Shown: positions 10,494 through 21,073, counted from the stretch's first letter. The stretch: 64,000 nt of DNA from Oligoflexales bacterium (GCA_965215515.1 OZ244057.1:352001-416000); one strand, 5' to 3'. Translations and numbers: made by a program. Notes: generated from the letters alone by a model not told the origin.

Positions 10494-10718
10494 GCAAAAA
10501 AATAATTAGCGCATACTTGCCTACAATCATTGCTTTTACAGGGAAAGCGGCGGTGTGCTATGCTGTGTCGGCGCAAAATTTAAGCATAAAAGATTCCAAA
10601 AAATATATATGAAGCAAACGGTTACAAAAAAGCATCTCCGCAGCAAATAAAATACCTCCAAACGGGGCGGGCGGGGATTTTGTTTGGTAAAATGGAAGGT
10701 GGTGGCATTTAGGGGAGG

Positions 10719-11714
10719 TTGAAGGGGGTGCTTTGGCGTAGCCTGTGGTTCATCGCCGCGGTCGCACTGTTGGTTGGCTGTCCCGATGTGTTGTTTAAGG
10801 TTGTCGACGAGGATGACCTCAGGGATATCAAGTATGACAGGTTAGAGGTCACTCCCATCGATGATATCGATGAGGATAGCGACACGGAGATAGACGTTGA
10901 GGTAGTTATCGATGATGTCATCACCGCGGATGAGACGGCCGAGGTGCGGTTAAGTATCAAGTGTGATGGTCGTAATGTGTCTCTGACTCCGAGCAAGCGC
11001 AGGGCGAGGGACAGCAAGGCGGTTTGGGAAGAGGTCGAGCTGGAGGATTATCGTGACCCTGAGGGCGATGATGTCTTGTGTATAGTCACAGCCAGGGCGG
11101 AGGTTGACCGTAGGGAGAGGGAGGCGACGGCTGAGTTTTACATCGTGGGCACGATCATCACTGCCAGGATAGCTGGCAGTCGTTTGACTTTTCTCAATGC
11201 CGAAGATGACCAGTTTCTCACTATCGTCAGGGAGGATAACAGTAGCAGTGCCTGTCGTGCTAATCTTGTGGTTTGGCCTGCGAGTGCCGAGGAGCCGAGA
11301 TTTATCATCAATGGCGAGGATCGTGGTGTGGCGGGAGCACGGATCATCCGCGGCAAGGTTGAGGGGTTACATCTGGCGGGTGATGCGCGTCGCTGTCAAC
11401 TAAAAATTGGCAAGACGTTGGTCGATATCCCCGACGATTATGAATATGACAGCGATGTCATCAGGGGTGTGGATATTTACGACATCAACCGTGTAAGAAT
11501 TTCTCACACTAGCGACTCCAGCCGCACGGTAGATGTTGTCATTTACGAAGGGGGGGGCAAGAAAGCCAGTGCTACCCGCACCTTGCGAGCCAACAGCACT
11601 CAGACTTTCATAACGATCAGCAATGTTTATTTTGAGCGCAACGTGGATTACACCGTGTGGGTGCGATACTACAACCGTGTTGTACAGTTCACGGGTGTAG
11701 ATGGGAATTGGTAG
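10719..11714 (+). CDS. Hypothetical lipoprotein (acidic N-terminus, beta-rich)
   Basis: SD GGGGAGG; lipobox LVGC; 331-aa ORF. Confidence 0.7.
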   Translation: MKGVLWRSLWFIAAVALLVGCPDVLFKVVDEDDLRDIKYDRLEVTPIDDIDEDSDTEIDVEVVIDDVITADETAEVRLSIKCDGRNVSLTPSKRRARDSKAVWEEVELEDYRDPEGDDVLCIVTARAEVDRREREATAEFYIVGTIITARIAGSRLTFLNAEDDQFLTIVREDNSSSACRANLVVWPASAEEPRFIINGEDRGVAGARIIRGKVEGLHLAGDARRCQLKIGKTLVDIPDDYEYDSDVIRGVDIYDINRVRISHTSDSSRTVDVVIYEGGGKKASATRTLRANSTQTFITISNVYFERNVDYTVWVRYYNRVVQFTGVDGNW

Positions 11715-11868
11715 GAAATCCTTCCCTAGCTGTCCCAGCCCTCTCGACCGTGATGATCGAGTACTGCGACTCTCCTCCCGCGCACACCAGCCGCTGCCAG
11801 CAACTGCGGTTGGCAAGGGGGGAATGTGTTTGCTATAATTCCCTCTGTCTTTTGCATTTCGAGAGAGT

Positions 11869-14538
11869 GTGTGCTTGCCGACACTGCCGCCGCAATACGA
11901 CCATGCTGCTTACGAGAAGAAGTGGTGGGATTTCTGGATGCAGGAACGTCTGTTCGCTGCCGACAGCGCTTCCACGCGTGAACCTTACGCCATTCTCATG
12001 CCGCCACCTAATGTTACCGACCGTTTGCACATGGGGCATGGGTTGAACAACACCCTGCAGGACATTTACATTCGTTGGCAGCGTATGTCGGGCAAGGAAG
12101 TCTGCTGGTTGCCAGGCACCGATCATGCGGGCATTGCCACCCAAATGATGGTGGAGAAGGCACTGCAACGAGAAGGTCTCACCCGACAGAAGCTGGGGCG
12201 GGAGGAGTTTGTCAAACGCTGCTGGCAGTGGAAAGAAAAACACGGCGACATCATCGTCTCGCAACTGCAACGTCTCGGAGCATCGGCCGATTGGCAGCGG
12301 CAGGCCTTCACTATGAGCTCCCAGCTGTCACGAGCTGTACGCAGTATGTTTGTCGATCTCTACCACAAAGGGCTGATCTATCGCGGCGAGCGGCTGGTTA
12401 ACTGGGATTTCGATCTGCACACCGCGATCTCCGACGATGAAGTGATCAACGTCGAGGAAACAGGCAAACTGTGGTCGTTCGCCTACCCGCTGGCCGACGG
12501 TAGCGGCGAGTTGGTGGTGGCAACGACACGCCCCGAAACGATGTTTGGCGACACTGCCGTCGCCGTGCATCCCGATGATACCCGCTACCAGAGCTACATC
12601 GGCAAACAAGTCGAGCTACCGCTGACCACACGCACCGTGCCAGTTATCGCGGATACCTACGTTAAGCAAGATTTCGGCAGCGGTTGCGTCAAAATTACTC
12701 CAGCCCATGACTGCAATGACTTCGCCGTCGGCAAGCGTCACAACCTCCCTCTGCGCAACATTTTCGATGCCCAAGGACTGCTCAACGAACACGCCCCCGC
12801 CGCAGTGCGGGGCCTGACGAGAGACAAAGCACGCACCCGCACGGTGCACCTGATGCAGGAAGCAGGATTGCTACGTGCCGAAGTCAAACATCGCCTCACC
12901 CGCCCGTATTCAGATCGCAGCAAGGTGTTGGTCGAGCCGCGTCTTTCCCAACAGTGGTTTCTCAAGATGCAACCGCTGGTCGGCGAGGCCGTGCGCATTG
13001 CCAGAGATGGCGAACTGCGTTTTTATCCGCACAGTTGGCAAAAGACCTATCTGCATTGGCTGGAAAATATCGAGGACTGGTGCATCTCGCGGCAGCTGTG
13101 GTGGGGACACCGTATTCCTGTTTGGCACTGTGCCGCTTGTCAGCGACACACCGTAGCGAAGGACGATCCGAGCGCGTGTGCCCACTGCCATAGCACCGCA
13201 ATTACACAGGATGAAGATGTGCTCGATACCTGGTTCAGCAGCTGGCTGTGGCCGTTCAGTACCCTCGGTTGGCCTGACACCGCACAGAACAACAACGCTT
13301 TGCGTAAATTCTACCCCTCGCAGGTGCTGATCACAGGTGCGGACATCATTTTTCTTTGGGTAGCGCGTATGGTCATCGCAGGGATCGAGGCGATCGGGAA
13401 ACCGCCTTTCAAAGATGTCTATTTCAATGCGATCATCTGTGACCCACAAGGACGTAAGTTTTCCAAAACACTCGGTAACGGCATCGATCCGCTCGCCGTC
13501 ATCGAGGCGCACGGTGCTGACGCGGTGCGCTATACGTGCGTTAGCCTCGCCACACGTGGCGGTCGGGCACGCATGGGATTGCAGGATTTTGCCCACGGTG
13601 CTCGGTTTATTAACAAAATTTGGAACGCTGCCCGTTTCCTGTCCGCGCAGCCAGCCCTGCGGAGCAAACTGCCCGCACTGGTACGTGACGAGCTGAGCAC
13701 GCCAGAGCTGTGGTTGCTCAGTGAATTCAGGCAGACCGCGGCACAGATCGCGAAACATTTGCAGGCGTATCGGGTCGATAGCATGGCGGAAACACTCTAC
13801 CATTTTATCTGGGGAACGTACTGTGATTGGGGGGTGGAAATTGCTAAAAATGTGTTGCGAAGACAACACCCGCCACCCGCACAAATTCTTTCCACCATGT
13901 GTTATATCATGGACGGCATGTTGCGTCTGATGCATCCTGTTATGCCGTTTATCAGCGAAGAAGTTTGGCAACGCCTGCCGCCCCATCCCGACTGGGAACG
14001 ACCGCGCAGCCTCGCTATCGCAAAATTTCCCCAAGCAGCGAGCATCATGCCCATCGCCGCAGAAGAATTGCGAGGCTGGCACTACACACGGCGTTTGATT
14101 ACCGCCGCCAGAACGTTGCGTAGTCGAGGCACAATCCCGCCGCGGCAGAAGATAAACGTCAGCATTGTCGTTACCGCAGCTGGTGAAGGTTTGTGCGCCG
14201 ACGAAGAATGGCTGCGCGACCTTGCTCTCCTCGACGACGTTACCTGGCTAACGGTAGATGCCCCTAAACCTGTGCCTACGCTGGTGCAGGTAGGGGCAGG
14301 CTTTGAAATTTACACCACCGCCGCACACATCGATGTACCACGTGAAAAGGACAAGCTACGCAAAGAACAAGCGCGGCTAGAAAATCTGCTGCAAAAAATA
14401 GCAAGCAAGCTCAACAACACCGCGTTTTGCCGCAAAGCACCGCCCCATGTTTTGCAAGAACAATGTGACAAGCGAGACTCGCTGCAGGAGCAACTGCACA
14501 GTGTGCGGCTGAATTTGCACGCGTTGGGGGATGGGTGA
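11869..14538 (+). CDS. valS: Valine--tRNA ligase
   Basis: PPPNVTDRLHMGH, GTDHAGIATQ, DWCISRQLWWGHRIP, KFSKT and a C-terminal coiled coil. Confidence 0.98.
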   Translation: MCLPTLPPQYDHAAYEKKWWDFWMQERLFAADSASTREPYAILMPPPNVTDRLHMGHGLNNTLQDIYIRWQRMSGKEVCWLPGTDHAGIATQMMVEKALQREGLTRQKLGREEFVKRCWQWKEKHGDIIVSQLQRLGASADWQRQAFTMSSQLSRAVRSMFVDLYHKGLIYRGERLVNWDFDLHTAISDDEVINVEETGKLWSFAYPLADGSGELVVATTRPETMFGDTAVAVHPDDTRYQSYIGKQVELPLTTRTVPVIADTYVKQDFGSGCVKITPAHDCNDFAVGKRHNLPLRNIFDAQGLLNEHAPAAVRGLTRDKARTRTVHLMQEAGLLRAEVKHRLTRPYSDRSKVLVEPRLSQQWFLKMQPLVGEAVRIARDGELRFYPHSWQKTYLHWLENIEDWCISRQLWWGHRIPVWHCAACQRHTVAKDDPSACAHCHSTAITQDEDVLDTWFSSWLWPFSTLGWPDTAQNNNALRKFYPSQVLITGADIIFLWVARMVIAGIEAIGKPPFKDVYFNAIICDPQGRKFSKTLGNGIDPLAVIEAHGADAVRYTCVSLATRGGRARMGLQDFAHGARFINKIWNAARFLSAQPALRSKLPALVRDELSTPELWLLSEFRQTAAQIAKHLQAYRVDSMAETLYHFIWGTYCDWGVEIAKNVLRRQHPPPAQILSTMCYIMDGMLRLMHPVMPFISEEVWQRLPPHPDWERPRSLAIAKFPQAASIMPIAAEELRGWHYTRRLITAARTLRSRGTIPPRQKINVSIVVTAAGEGLCADEEWLRDLALLDDVTWLTVDAPKPVPTLVQVGAGFEIYTTAAHIDVPREKDKLRKEQARLENLLQKIASKLNNTAFCRKAPPHVLQEQCDKRDSLQEQLHSVRLNLHALGDG

Positions 14539-14636
14539 ATGCCTCCCCCCGAATCCGTGCGTAGCTGCCATCTACTACACAATTGTTGCGCGGGGAGGAA
14601 TCTGCTAGAATGGAGGGGTGGGGTTGATGGTGGAGG

Positions 14637-14900
14637 ATGGGAATGCACTATCGGGCGAGAAAATTCGGCAAGTATGTCCTAATCTTCGTGGCGTGGATCT
14701 TCTGTCTCTCGCTGCGTGTCGGTGACCAAACGATCTTCGCCCACGCCCACGGGGTGTTAGTGGAGAACCGTATCGTCAACGCTATCGATCAGGAACTCGG
14801 CGCTCTGTGGCACAGTCTCGGCAGAACAGCACGTATTGCCTACAGGCGTATTTCTGGTCAGCCACAGAGCGAAGATGGCGCGGATCTGCGCCGCGGCTAA
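14637..14900 (+). CDS. Small hypothetical membrane protein
   Basis: SD GGAGG; one N-terminal hydrophobic segment; fills the gap before def. Confidence 0.55.
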   Translation: MGMHYRARKFGKYVLIFVAWIFCLSLRVGDQTIFAHAHGVLVENRIVNAIDQELGALWHSLGRTARIAYRRISGQPQSEDGADLRRG

Positions 14901-14924
14901 CCAGCGAAGGAAGGACGAAACACC

Positions 14925-15467
14925 ATGACACAGGCGCGGCTCCAGATTGTCACTTGGCCTGCCGCGGTGTTGGAAACACGGGCGGAGAGGATTACCGTAT
15001 TTGGTGACGAGCTACGTGCTTTCGGCGCGGCCATGCACGCGACGATGCGGGAAGCGAGCGGTATCGGCTTGGCAGCCAACCAAGTCGGCGTACTCAAACG
15101 TATTCTGGTGATCGAAATTCCGTGGCGAGGCGAGCGTTACGGCGAACAGCACGAGCCACGGCGAGACTGGCACGATCGTCGCTATACGCTGGTCAATCCA
15201 GAGATAGTTGAGCGAGAGGGCACGATCACCTTCAGAGAAGGATGTTTGAGTTTCCCCGAGCTCTTCGGCGAGGTCGAGCGTGCCCGACGCGTGCTCGTCA
15301 AAGCACAGGACGTGGAGGGCCGCACCCAGGTCATCGAGGGGGACGATCTGTTCGCAGTCTGTTTGCAGCACGAGATCGATCATCTCGACGGTATCGTCTT
15401 CATCAATCACATGACCAAACTGCGCGCCGCAGCGATCAGAGAGAAGATGCGCGCCAAATCTACTTAA
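14925..15467 (+). CDS. def: Peptide deformylase
   Basis: GIGLAANQVG, EGCLS and QHEIDHLDG motifs. Confidence 0.97.
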   Translation: MTQARLQIVTWPAAVLETRAERITVFGDELRAFGAAMHATMREASGIGLAANQVGVLKRILVIEIPWRGERYGEQHEPRRDWHDRRYTLVNPEIVEREGTITFREGCLSFPELFGEVERARRVLVKAQDVEGRTQVIEGDDLFAVCLQHEIDHLDGIVFINHMTKLRAAAIREKMRAKST

Positions 15468-16127
15468 ATGCGACCACCAGCCATCCGTGTTGCTCCTTCG
15501 TTGCTCGCCTGCAACCTGCTCGCGCTTGCCGCGGAGGTGCGCAGGTTGGAGGGGGCAGGAGCGGATCTGCTGCACATCGATGTCATGGACGGGCATTTTG
15601 TCGCCAATCTTTCCTTTGGTCTGCCTATCGTGAAAGCGCTCAGCAAGATCAGTGCACTGCCCCTAGACGTGCATCTGATGGTCACCAATCCGCAGACGAT
15701 GGCGCGGCGTTATCGCGACGCGGGTGCGGCGCGGGTAACCTTCCACTGTGAGGTGTGCACGGACGTACGCCCTATCATTGCCGCGCTCAAGGCCATGGGC
15801 AGCGAGGTCGGTCTGGCGCTCAATCCTCCCACCCCTGCGGCGGAGGTCTTCCCTTATCTCGACGAGCTCGATATGATTACGGTGATGGCAGTTACGCCTG
15901 GTTTCGGTGGGCAGGGGTTCATGCCCGCGGTATTGCCGAAGATCCGCGCCCTACGGGCACGCATCGGCACACGGGCGATCGATTTAGCCGTCGACGGCGG
16001 AATCAACGCCGAGACAGGCAAGCTGGCAGTCGCCGCGGGAGCGAACATCTTGGTTGCAGGCACGTACATCGGCGAGGCGCAAGACCGTCGTGCGGCGATA
16101 GATAAACTCAAGCAGAGGACACGATGA
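15468..16127 (+). CDS. rpe: Ribulose-phosphate 3-epimerase
   Basis: APSLL, HIDVMDGHFV.N, DVHLMV, PGFGGQ and VDGGIN. Confidence 0.97.
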   Translation: MRPPAIRVAPSLLACNLLALAAEVRRLEGAGADLLHIDVMDGHFVANLSFGLPIVKALSKISALPLDVHLMVTNPQTMARRYRDAGAARVTFHCEVCTDVRPIIAALKAMGSEVGLALNPPTPAAEVFPYLDELDMITVMAVTPGFGGQGFMPAVLPKIRALRARIGTRAIDLAVDGGINAETGKLAVAAGANILVAGTYIGEAQDRRAAIDKLKQRTR

Positions 16128-16543
16128 TGAGGCTACTGTCGTTACTGAGTTTGTTGCTGCTCGCGGCACAGAACGCCCCCCGTGCTGTGCTGCTGCGAGT
16201 GGGAGGTGAGTTCAAGGTCAAGTCGATTCACCAAACCGCCGACCGCGGCTTTACGATTACTTTTGCCAGCACTGACCGCACGGCACAGGTGCAGGAGATA
16301 AGACTCACAAGTGCTTACCTGCACGTCAGTGTTGAAGAGGGCAAAGTCGTACGCCTATCGGCAGAAGTGGCCGCGCGGCGGGGCCGTGTCGTCGAAGCTG
16401 ATCAGGTGTTGTTGTTTTTGCCTACCGCCAACTCATACCTCCCTGTTTGGTTGCTGTCCCGCACCGCTCCTGCCCTGTCCGCTTTGAAGGGGGCAAAGTA
16501 CATCGACATGCACGCACCGCAGAGCGATTTTCTGCTGTTCTGA
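16124..16543 (+). CDS. Hypothetical secreted protein
   Basis: Start overlaps the rpe stop; signal-peptide-like N-terminus. Confidence 0.65.
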   Translation: MMRLLSLLSLLLLAAQNAPRAVLLRVGGEFKVKSIHQTADRGFTITFASTDRTAQVQEIRLTSAYLHVSVEEGKVVRLSAEVAARRGRVVEADQVLLFLPTANSYLPVWLLSRTAPALSALKGAKYIDMHAPQSDFLLF

Positions 16544-16551
16544 GGGTGTGG

Positions 16552-17274
16552 TTAAGCGTCATCGGGAGAAGCGGGTCGTTTGCTGTCTTTGCCGATCAAA
16601 AACTGTTCTAGCGGCAGGCCTGTCAAGCGTTTGATCCCTCGCAAAAGCACAAAAAGGGCGATGATGGTGACCACCAGACAGGGTAGTACGATGACGGGAA
16701 AACTCAAAGCCATCATCTTGCCGAGTTCTTGGTTGAAGGCGGCCGTGCCTGTAGGGCTGCGCAAAATCACGATCGCCAGCCCAAAATTCAACCCCGCACT
16801 GAGCAAGAACGAAGCCGCTAAAAGCCAGGTGGTAGTGGTCAGTAAACGGGCGAACTGTGCTTCGTGGTCGCGGCTACGTAGGCGAGCGGTAATCGCCGCG
16901 ATGTTGAACAGGTTGGCATTAAAAAACAGACTTTTGACCAATGGATGACGCGTCTTCATCGAAACGACGATAGCCAGCCCGATCAGTAGCGGGATAAGAG
17001 CTTCTTTGATGGCAAACCAGACCCCATCGACTTGCAGCAATCCCAACCCTCCTGTCAACAAAACACTGACAAAACCGAGCGCGGGGATAAAGCCAACTCT
17101 CTTGTTTTTGGCGAAATCATAGACGCTGTAGCACAGTGGAAAAGCGAGTGCGATGACGAACGCGTACAGTGCCCCGAGACGGCTGTCATCGCTCAGCTTG
17201 AGCAAAATCAGCGACGGAATGACGACGTTGAAAGCAAGACTGAACAGGGGGTTTTCACGCGGTGCGGCGTTCAT
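16552..17274 (-). CDS. VC0807-like inner membrane protein
   Basis: ENP..SLAFNVVIPSLIL, WFAIKEALIP and FNQELGKMMALSFPVI; about 7 TM segments; SD GAGGGG before ATG 17274. Confidence 0.75.
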   Translation of the reverse strand: MNAAPRENPLFSLAFNVVIPSLILLKLSDDSRLGALYAFVIALAFPLCYSVYDFAKNKRVGFIPALGFVSVLLTGGLGLLQVDGVWFAIKEALIPLLIGLAIVVSMKTRHPLVKSLFFNANLFNIAAITARLRSRDHEAQFARLLTTTTWLLAASFLLSAGLNFGLAIVILRSPTGTAAFNQELGKMMALSFPVIVLPCLVVTIIALFVLLRGIKRLTGLPLEQFLIGKDSKRPASPDDA

Positions 17275-17319
17275 CAGCGGCCCTCGGAGCGAAAAGGGCA
17301 GTATAAACAGCCGCACAAC

Positions 17320-17639
17320 AAAACGCAACGCGGGTGATGCTCAGAAGGGTGCCTCTTCTTCGATGTAGGAATCGACTCGCTGACGCAGCTGCATACCTGA
17401 AAACGCAACGCGGGTGATGCTCAGAAGGGTGCCTCTTCTTCGATGTAGGAATCGACTCGCTGACGCAGCTGCATACCTGAAAACGCAACGCGGGTGATGC
17501 TCAGAAGGGTGCCTCTTCTTCGATGTAGGAATCGACTCGCTGACGCAGCTGCATACCTGAAAACGCAACGCGGGTGATGCTCAGAAGGGTGCCTCTTCTT
17601 CGATGTAGGAATCGACTCGCTGACGCAGCTGCATACCTG
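17320..17639. repeat. Perfect tandem repeat, 4 x 80 bp
   Basis: Unit AAAACGCAACGCGGGTGATGCTCAGAAGGG...GCATACCTG starts at 17320, 17400, 17480 and 17560. It contains the IHF gene 3' end, its stop codon and about 20 bp downstream. Confidence 0.98.
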
Positions 17640-17880
17640 TTTTCCACGCGGGTAGCTTCTTGGGGGGAACTTTTATCTTCGCACCTGTCTTGGGGTTACG
17701 TCCTTCGTAGGCGCGATATTCACGTACCGAGAATGCGCCAAAACCTCTGATTTCGACGCGCTCCCCCAAACACAAGGCATCGACGATGGCATTGAAGAAG
17801 ATATCCACTATCTCCTCGGAACGCGCTAACGTGATGTCGGCACGACCCGAGAGGTTTTCAATCAGATCCGACTTGACCAT
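17581..17880 (-). CDS. ihfB: Integration host factor beta / HU-family DNA-binding protein
   Basis: MVKSDLI, GERVEIRGFGAFSVR and GRNPKTG motifs. Confidence 0.85.
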   Translation of the reverse strand: MVKSDLIENLSGRADITLARSEEIVDIFFNAIVDALCLGERVEIRGFGAFSVREYRAYEGRNPKTGAKIKVPPKKLPAWKTGMQLRQRVDSYIEEEAPF

Positions 17881-18094
17881 CCCACACCACCTCGTCATGT
17901 GCTTGTCAAAGATATAACCCCATTTTATCAGGATGATGCCCTAAAAAACAAGCTGTGCGGGTTAAATTTTATCATCTCGACCGCGTAATAAGGCTTGACG
18001 GATGTGTCTAACGGCTAAAACACAGCTGAGAAAACAAAAAAACATGGCACAAAACTGATTTAAAGGTTTAGTATGAGCTGTTGGGGGTTATATT

Positions 18095-19051
18095 TTGGAC
18101 TGCATCCCGCTTGAACAACCGATTGTCGATCTCGAAGAAAAGATTGTGTTGCTGCGGCGCATGGCGGCAACCCAGGCGATCGACCTCGATACCGACATAG
18201 AAAAACTGGAACGGCAGGTCGAAGAGCTGCGTACCCAGATTTTCCACCGCCTGAGCGCCTACGAGACAGTGCAGCTGTCGCGTCATCCCTCACGTCCTAA
18301 TGGACTGGATCTCATCAAGCGGATGTGTATGAATTTTATCGAGTTTCACGGCGATCGCAATTTTTTCGATGACCCTGCCATCGTCGGTGGCATCGCCGAG
18401 CTTGAACACTGGCGGGTGGTGGTTGTTGCGCACCAAAAGGGACGCGGTACCAGCGACAACATCTTCCGTAACTTCGGCATGCCTAAGCCAGAGGGTTACC
18501 GCAAAGCTCTGCGTTTGATGATGATGGCGAACAAGTTCAAGCTGCCTATCATCACGCTCATCGACACACCAGGAGCTTATCCAGGGGTGGGAGCGGAGGA
18601 ACGTGGTCAATCGGAGGCGATCGGGCGCAGCATCATGATGATGGCACAGCTACAAGTGCCTGTCATCACGGTGGTTATCGGTGAAGGAGGCAGCGGCGGG
18701 GCGCTCGCCATCGGTGTAGCTAACAGTGTTCATATGCTGGAGTACGCCGTCTACTCGGTCATTTCGCCTGAGGGGTGTGCTTCCATTCTGCTCAAGGATG
18801 CGGAGCGAGCGGAGTCGGCCGCGGAATCCTTGCAACTGACCGCGGCGGGGGCACGTCGTCTCCAGCTGGTCGATTCCATCATCGACGAGCCGAGCGGCGG
18901 GGCACATCGTGACCCAGCTCGCGTTGCCCAGAGCATCAAGCTCACTGTGCTGCATGATCTGGAGGAATTCAGCCATCTCTCCCCTCGGCAACTGCAAGAA
19001 CAGCGCGCCGCGAAGTTTAGAGCGGTAAGTTTTTTTCGTGATGATCGTTGA
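18095..19051 (+). CDS. accA: Acetyl-CoA carboxylase carboxyltransferase alpha
   Basis: RNFGMPKPEGYRKALR, IDTPGAYPG, GEGGSGGA and YSVISPEGCA. Confidence 0.97.
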   Translation: MDCIPLEQPIVDLEEKIVLLRRMAATQAIDLDTDIEKLERQVEELRTQIFHRLSAYETVQLSRHPSRPNGLDLIKRMCMNFIEFHGDRNFFDDPAIVGGIAELEHWRVVVVAHQKGRGTSDNIFRNFGMPKPEGYRKALRLMMMANKFKLPIITLIDTPGAYPGVGAEERGQSEAIGRSIMMMAQLQVPVITVVIGEGGSGGALAIGVANSVHMLEYAVYSVISPEGCASILLKDAERAESAAESLQLTAAGARRLQLVDSIIDEPSGGAHRDPARVAQSIKLTVLHDLEEFSHLSPRQLQEQRAAKFRAVSFFRDDR

Positions 19052-20342
19052 ACCGCTTACCACGAGAGGGGGAACGTACACGGTAGCACTGCCCGCCGAC
19101 AAGTCGCTGACCCATCGTGCGCTTATCCTAGCCGCCTGCGCCGCGGGGCGTAGCGTTATCGTCAACCCCTCGTCATCCCGTGATTGCCAGACAACGATCG
19201 GCGTGCTGCAACAGCTGGGAGTCTCGGTGTCCTGTATCCAAAACAGGTGGGAGGTTAGTGCACACGGTGGGGAACGGTGGCAAACCCCCTCCGCACCGCT
19301 CGATTTTGGTAACAGCGGCACTGCCGCACGCTTACTTATTGCACTGCTTGCCTCACAGCCAGGCTTAACCTGTGTCTGTCACGGTGATGAGAGTTTGCGC
19401 ACCCGCCCGATGGGGCGTGTCGTGCATTGGTTACGCGGTGCGGGAGCACACATTACGGGTGAGAACGGCGGCGAGCATTTGCCCTTGGCCATCGTCGGCA
19501 GACGGCTGCAACCTTTCCGCTGTCGGCTGGAGATCGCTTCCGCACAGGTCAAGTCAGCCTTGCTGCTTGCCGCGATGAATATCACGGGGGAAGTGCGTAT
19601 CGACCTGCCCGCGGGAACTCGCTCCCACACCGAATACATGTTGCGAGCGCAGGGTGTGGCCTGCCACACAGAGGAAAGAGCGGGGCGGCAGCACCTCAGG
19701 GTACGCGGCCCTTACACGCTGCGGCCGCAGCGGTGGCACATTGCTGCCGATCCTTCTGCCGCGGCCTTCTTTGTCGTGCTCGGTGTGTTGTCGCCGCGTG
19801 CGGTACGTGTTGTTCTGCCTGACGTGTTGGCGGACGACAACCGCCTCGCGTTTTTGCGGGTTATCAGGGCGATGGGTGGTGAGGTGCAGTGCCGTAAGCA
19901 CGGTGAGGGTGTCTGCGAGCTCAGCGTGCGGGGTGGTGCGCAGTTGCGCGCGGCCCAGCTCAGTGCGGCTGAGATTCCTGCGTTGATCGACGAAGTGCCG
20001 ATCCTGACAGTGCTGGCCATGTTTGCGGCGGGTAGGACGGAGTGGCATGGGGTCGGTGAACTGCGTTACAAGGAGTGTGACCGTTTGCAAGCGTTGGTGC
20101 GCCTCTGTCGTGCCGCAGGCCGCACTTGCCAACTGCGCGATGGCATGCTGGCAGTGCAGGGAAGTGCGGCGCGGGTTGCTCCTTATACTTTTGACGCGCA
20201 GGGCGATCATCGCCTGTGCATGGCTGCGTCGATCTGTGCCTCGTTCGCTACGCAGCCCTGTGAGCTGAAGGGTAGTTCCTGTGTGGAGATAAGTTTCCCC
20301 CATTTTTTCAGCCAGCTGAGGACGATAAGACAGGGAGGCTAG
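19038..20342 (+). CDS. aroA: EPSP synthase
   Basis: PADKSLTHR, DFGNSGT, ASAQVKS, ELRYKECDR and DHRLCM. Confidence 0.95.
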   Translation: MMIVEPLTTRGGTYTVALPADKSLTHRALILAACAAGRSVIVNPSSSRDCQTTIGVLQQLGVSVSCIQNRWEVSAHGGERWQTPSAPLDFGNSGTAARLLIALLASQPGLTCVCHGDESLRTRPMGRVVHWLRGAGAHITGENGGEHLPLAIVGRRLQPFRCRLEIASAQVKSALLLAAMNITGEVRIDLPAGTRSHTEYMLRAQGVACHTEERAGRQHLRVRGPYTLRPQRWHIAADPSAAAFFVVLGVLSPRAVRVVLPDVLADDNRLAFLRVIRAMGGEVQCRKHGEGVCELSVRGGAQLRAAQLSAAEIPALIDEVPILTVLAMFAAGRTEWHGVGELRYKECDRLQALVRLCRAAGRTCQLRDGMLAVQGSAARVAPYTFDAQGDHRLCMAASICASFATQPCELKGSSCVEISFPHFFSQLRTIRQGG

Positions 20343-21028
20343 TGATGGCAAAAAAGCATGTGGTGGCAGTCGATGGCCTTGTCGGGGCAGGCAAGAGTAC
20401 CGTCTGTCGTATGGCAGGCAACATGTTGGGCTGGCCTGCGGTAAGCACGGGCATTTTTTACCGCACGGTAGCTTTCATCGTACAGCGGTACGGGCTTGCC
20501 TTGCACGCGGCGCAGGAAATCGAGCAACTGTTGCTGCAGGAGCTGGCGAAGGTGGAGTGGCATCTCGTTAGCGGAGGGGAGGTTCGCTATGCGGGAGAAG
20601 TGCTGACTACACAATTACGGCGTGAGACGCTGGGCGAAGCAGCCAGCGTGTTGTCGGAATTACCCGCGGTGCGCACTTTGTTATTACCTCTCCAGCGCGC
20701 GGTGGTGCATACCAGCCCGCAGCAGGGGGTTATTGTCGATGGACGAGACATCGGAACGGTTGTCTTTCCGCAGGCGGACTTGAAGTTTTTCATGACCGCC
20801 AGTCTCGCTCAGCGAGCGTTCCGCCGTGCTCGCGATGAGAATGCCGACCCGCAAAAACTGCGGGCGGTGATTGCAAAGCGAGATGTGCGTGACCGCGGGC
20901 GTACTCTCGCTCCTCTGCAAAAGGCTGCCGATGCGGTGGAATTGGACACGAGTGTGATGACCGCGGCGCAGGCGGCTGCGTATCTCGTGGCACTTATCCG
21001 CGGACGCTTGCCGAATGCCGCGACTTAG
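20342..21028 (+). CDS. cmk: Cytidylate kinase
   Basis: AVDGLVGAGKST, STGIFYR and DGRDIGTVVFP; follows aroA. Confidence 0.95.
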   Translation: MMAKKHVVAVDGLVGAGKSTVCRMAGNMLGWPAVSTGIFYRTVAFIVQRYGLALHAAQEIEQLLLQELAKVEWHLVSGGEVRYAGEVLTTQLRRETLGEAASVLSELPAVRTLLLPLQRAVVHTSPQQGVIVDGRDIGTVVFPQADLKFFMTASLAQRAFRRARDENADPQKLRAVIAKRDVRDRGRTLAPLQKAADAVELDTSVMTAAQAAAYLVALIRGRLPNAAT

Positions 21029-21073
21029 AGCATAATGTGAGGGGTGAGTGTCAATGCAGGGGGGATTGATAAA

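Noticed and set aside
11715..11830. Possible ncRNA or T-box before valS
   Set aside because: No T-box or SRP consensus recognised; only weak hairpins and a TATAAT-like -10.
12910..14082. 390-aa minus-strand ORF
   Set aside because: Antisense shadow of valS with no recognisable motifs.
17320..17639. Possible CRISPR array
   Set aside because: The units are fully identical with no unique spacers, derive from coding sequence, and no cas genes are nearby.
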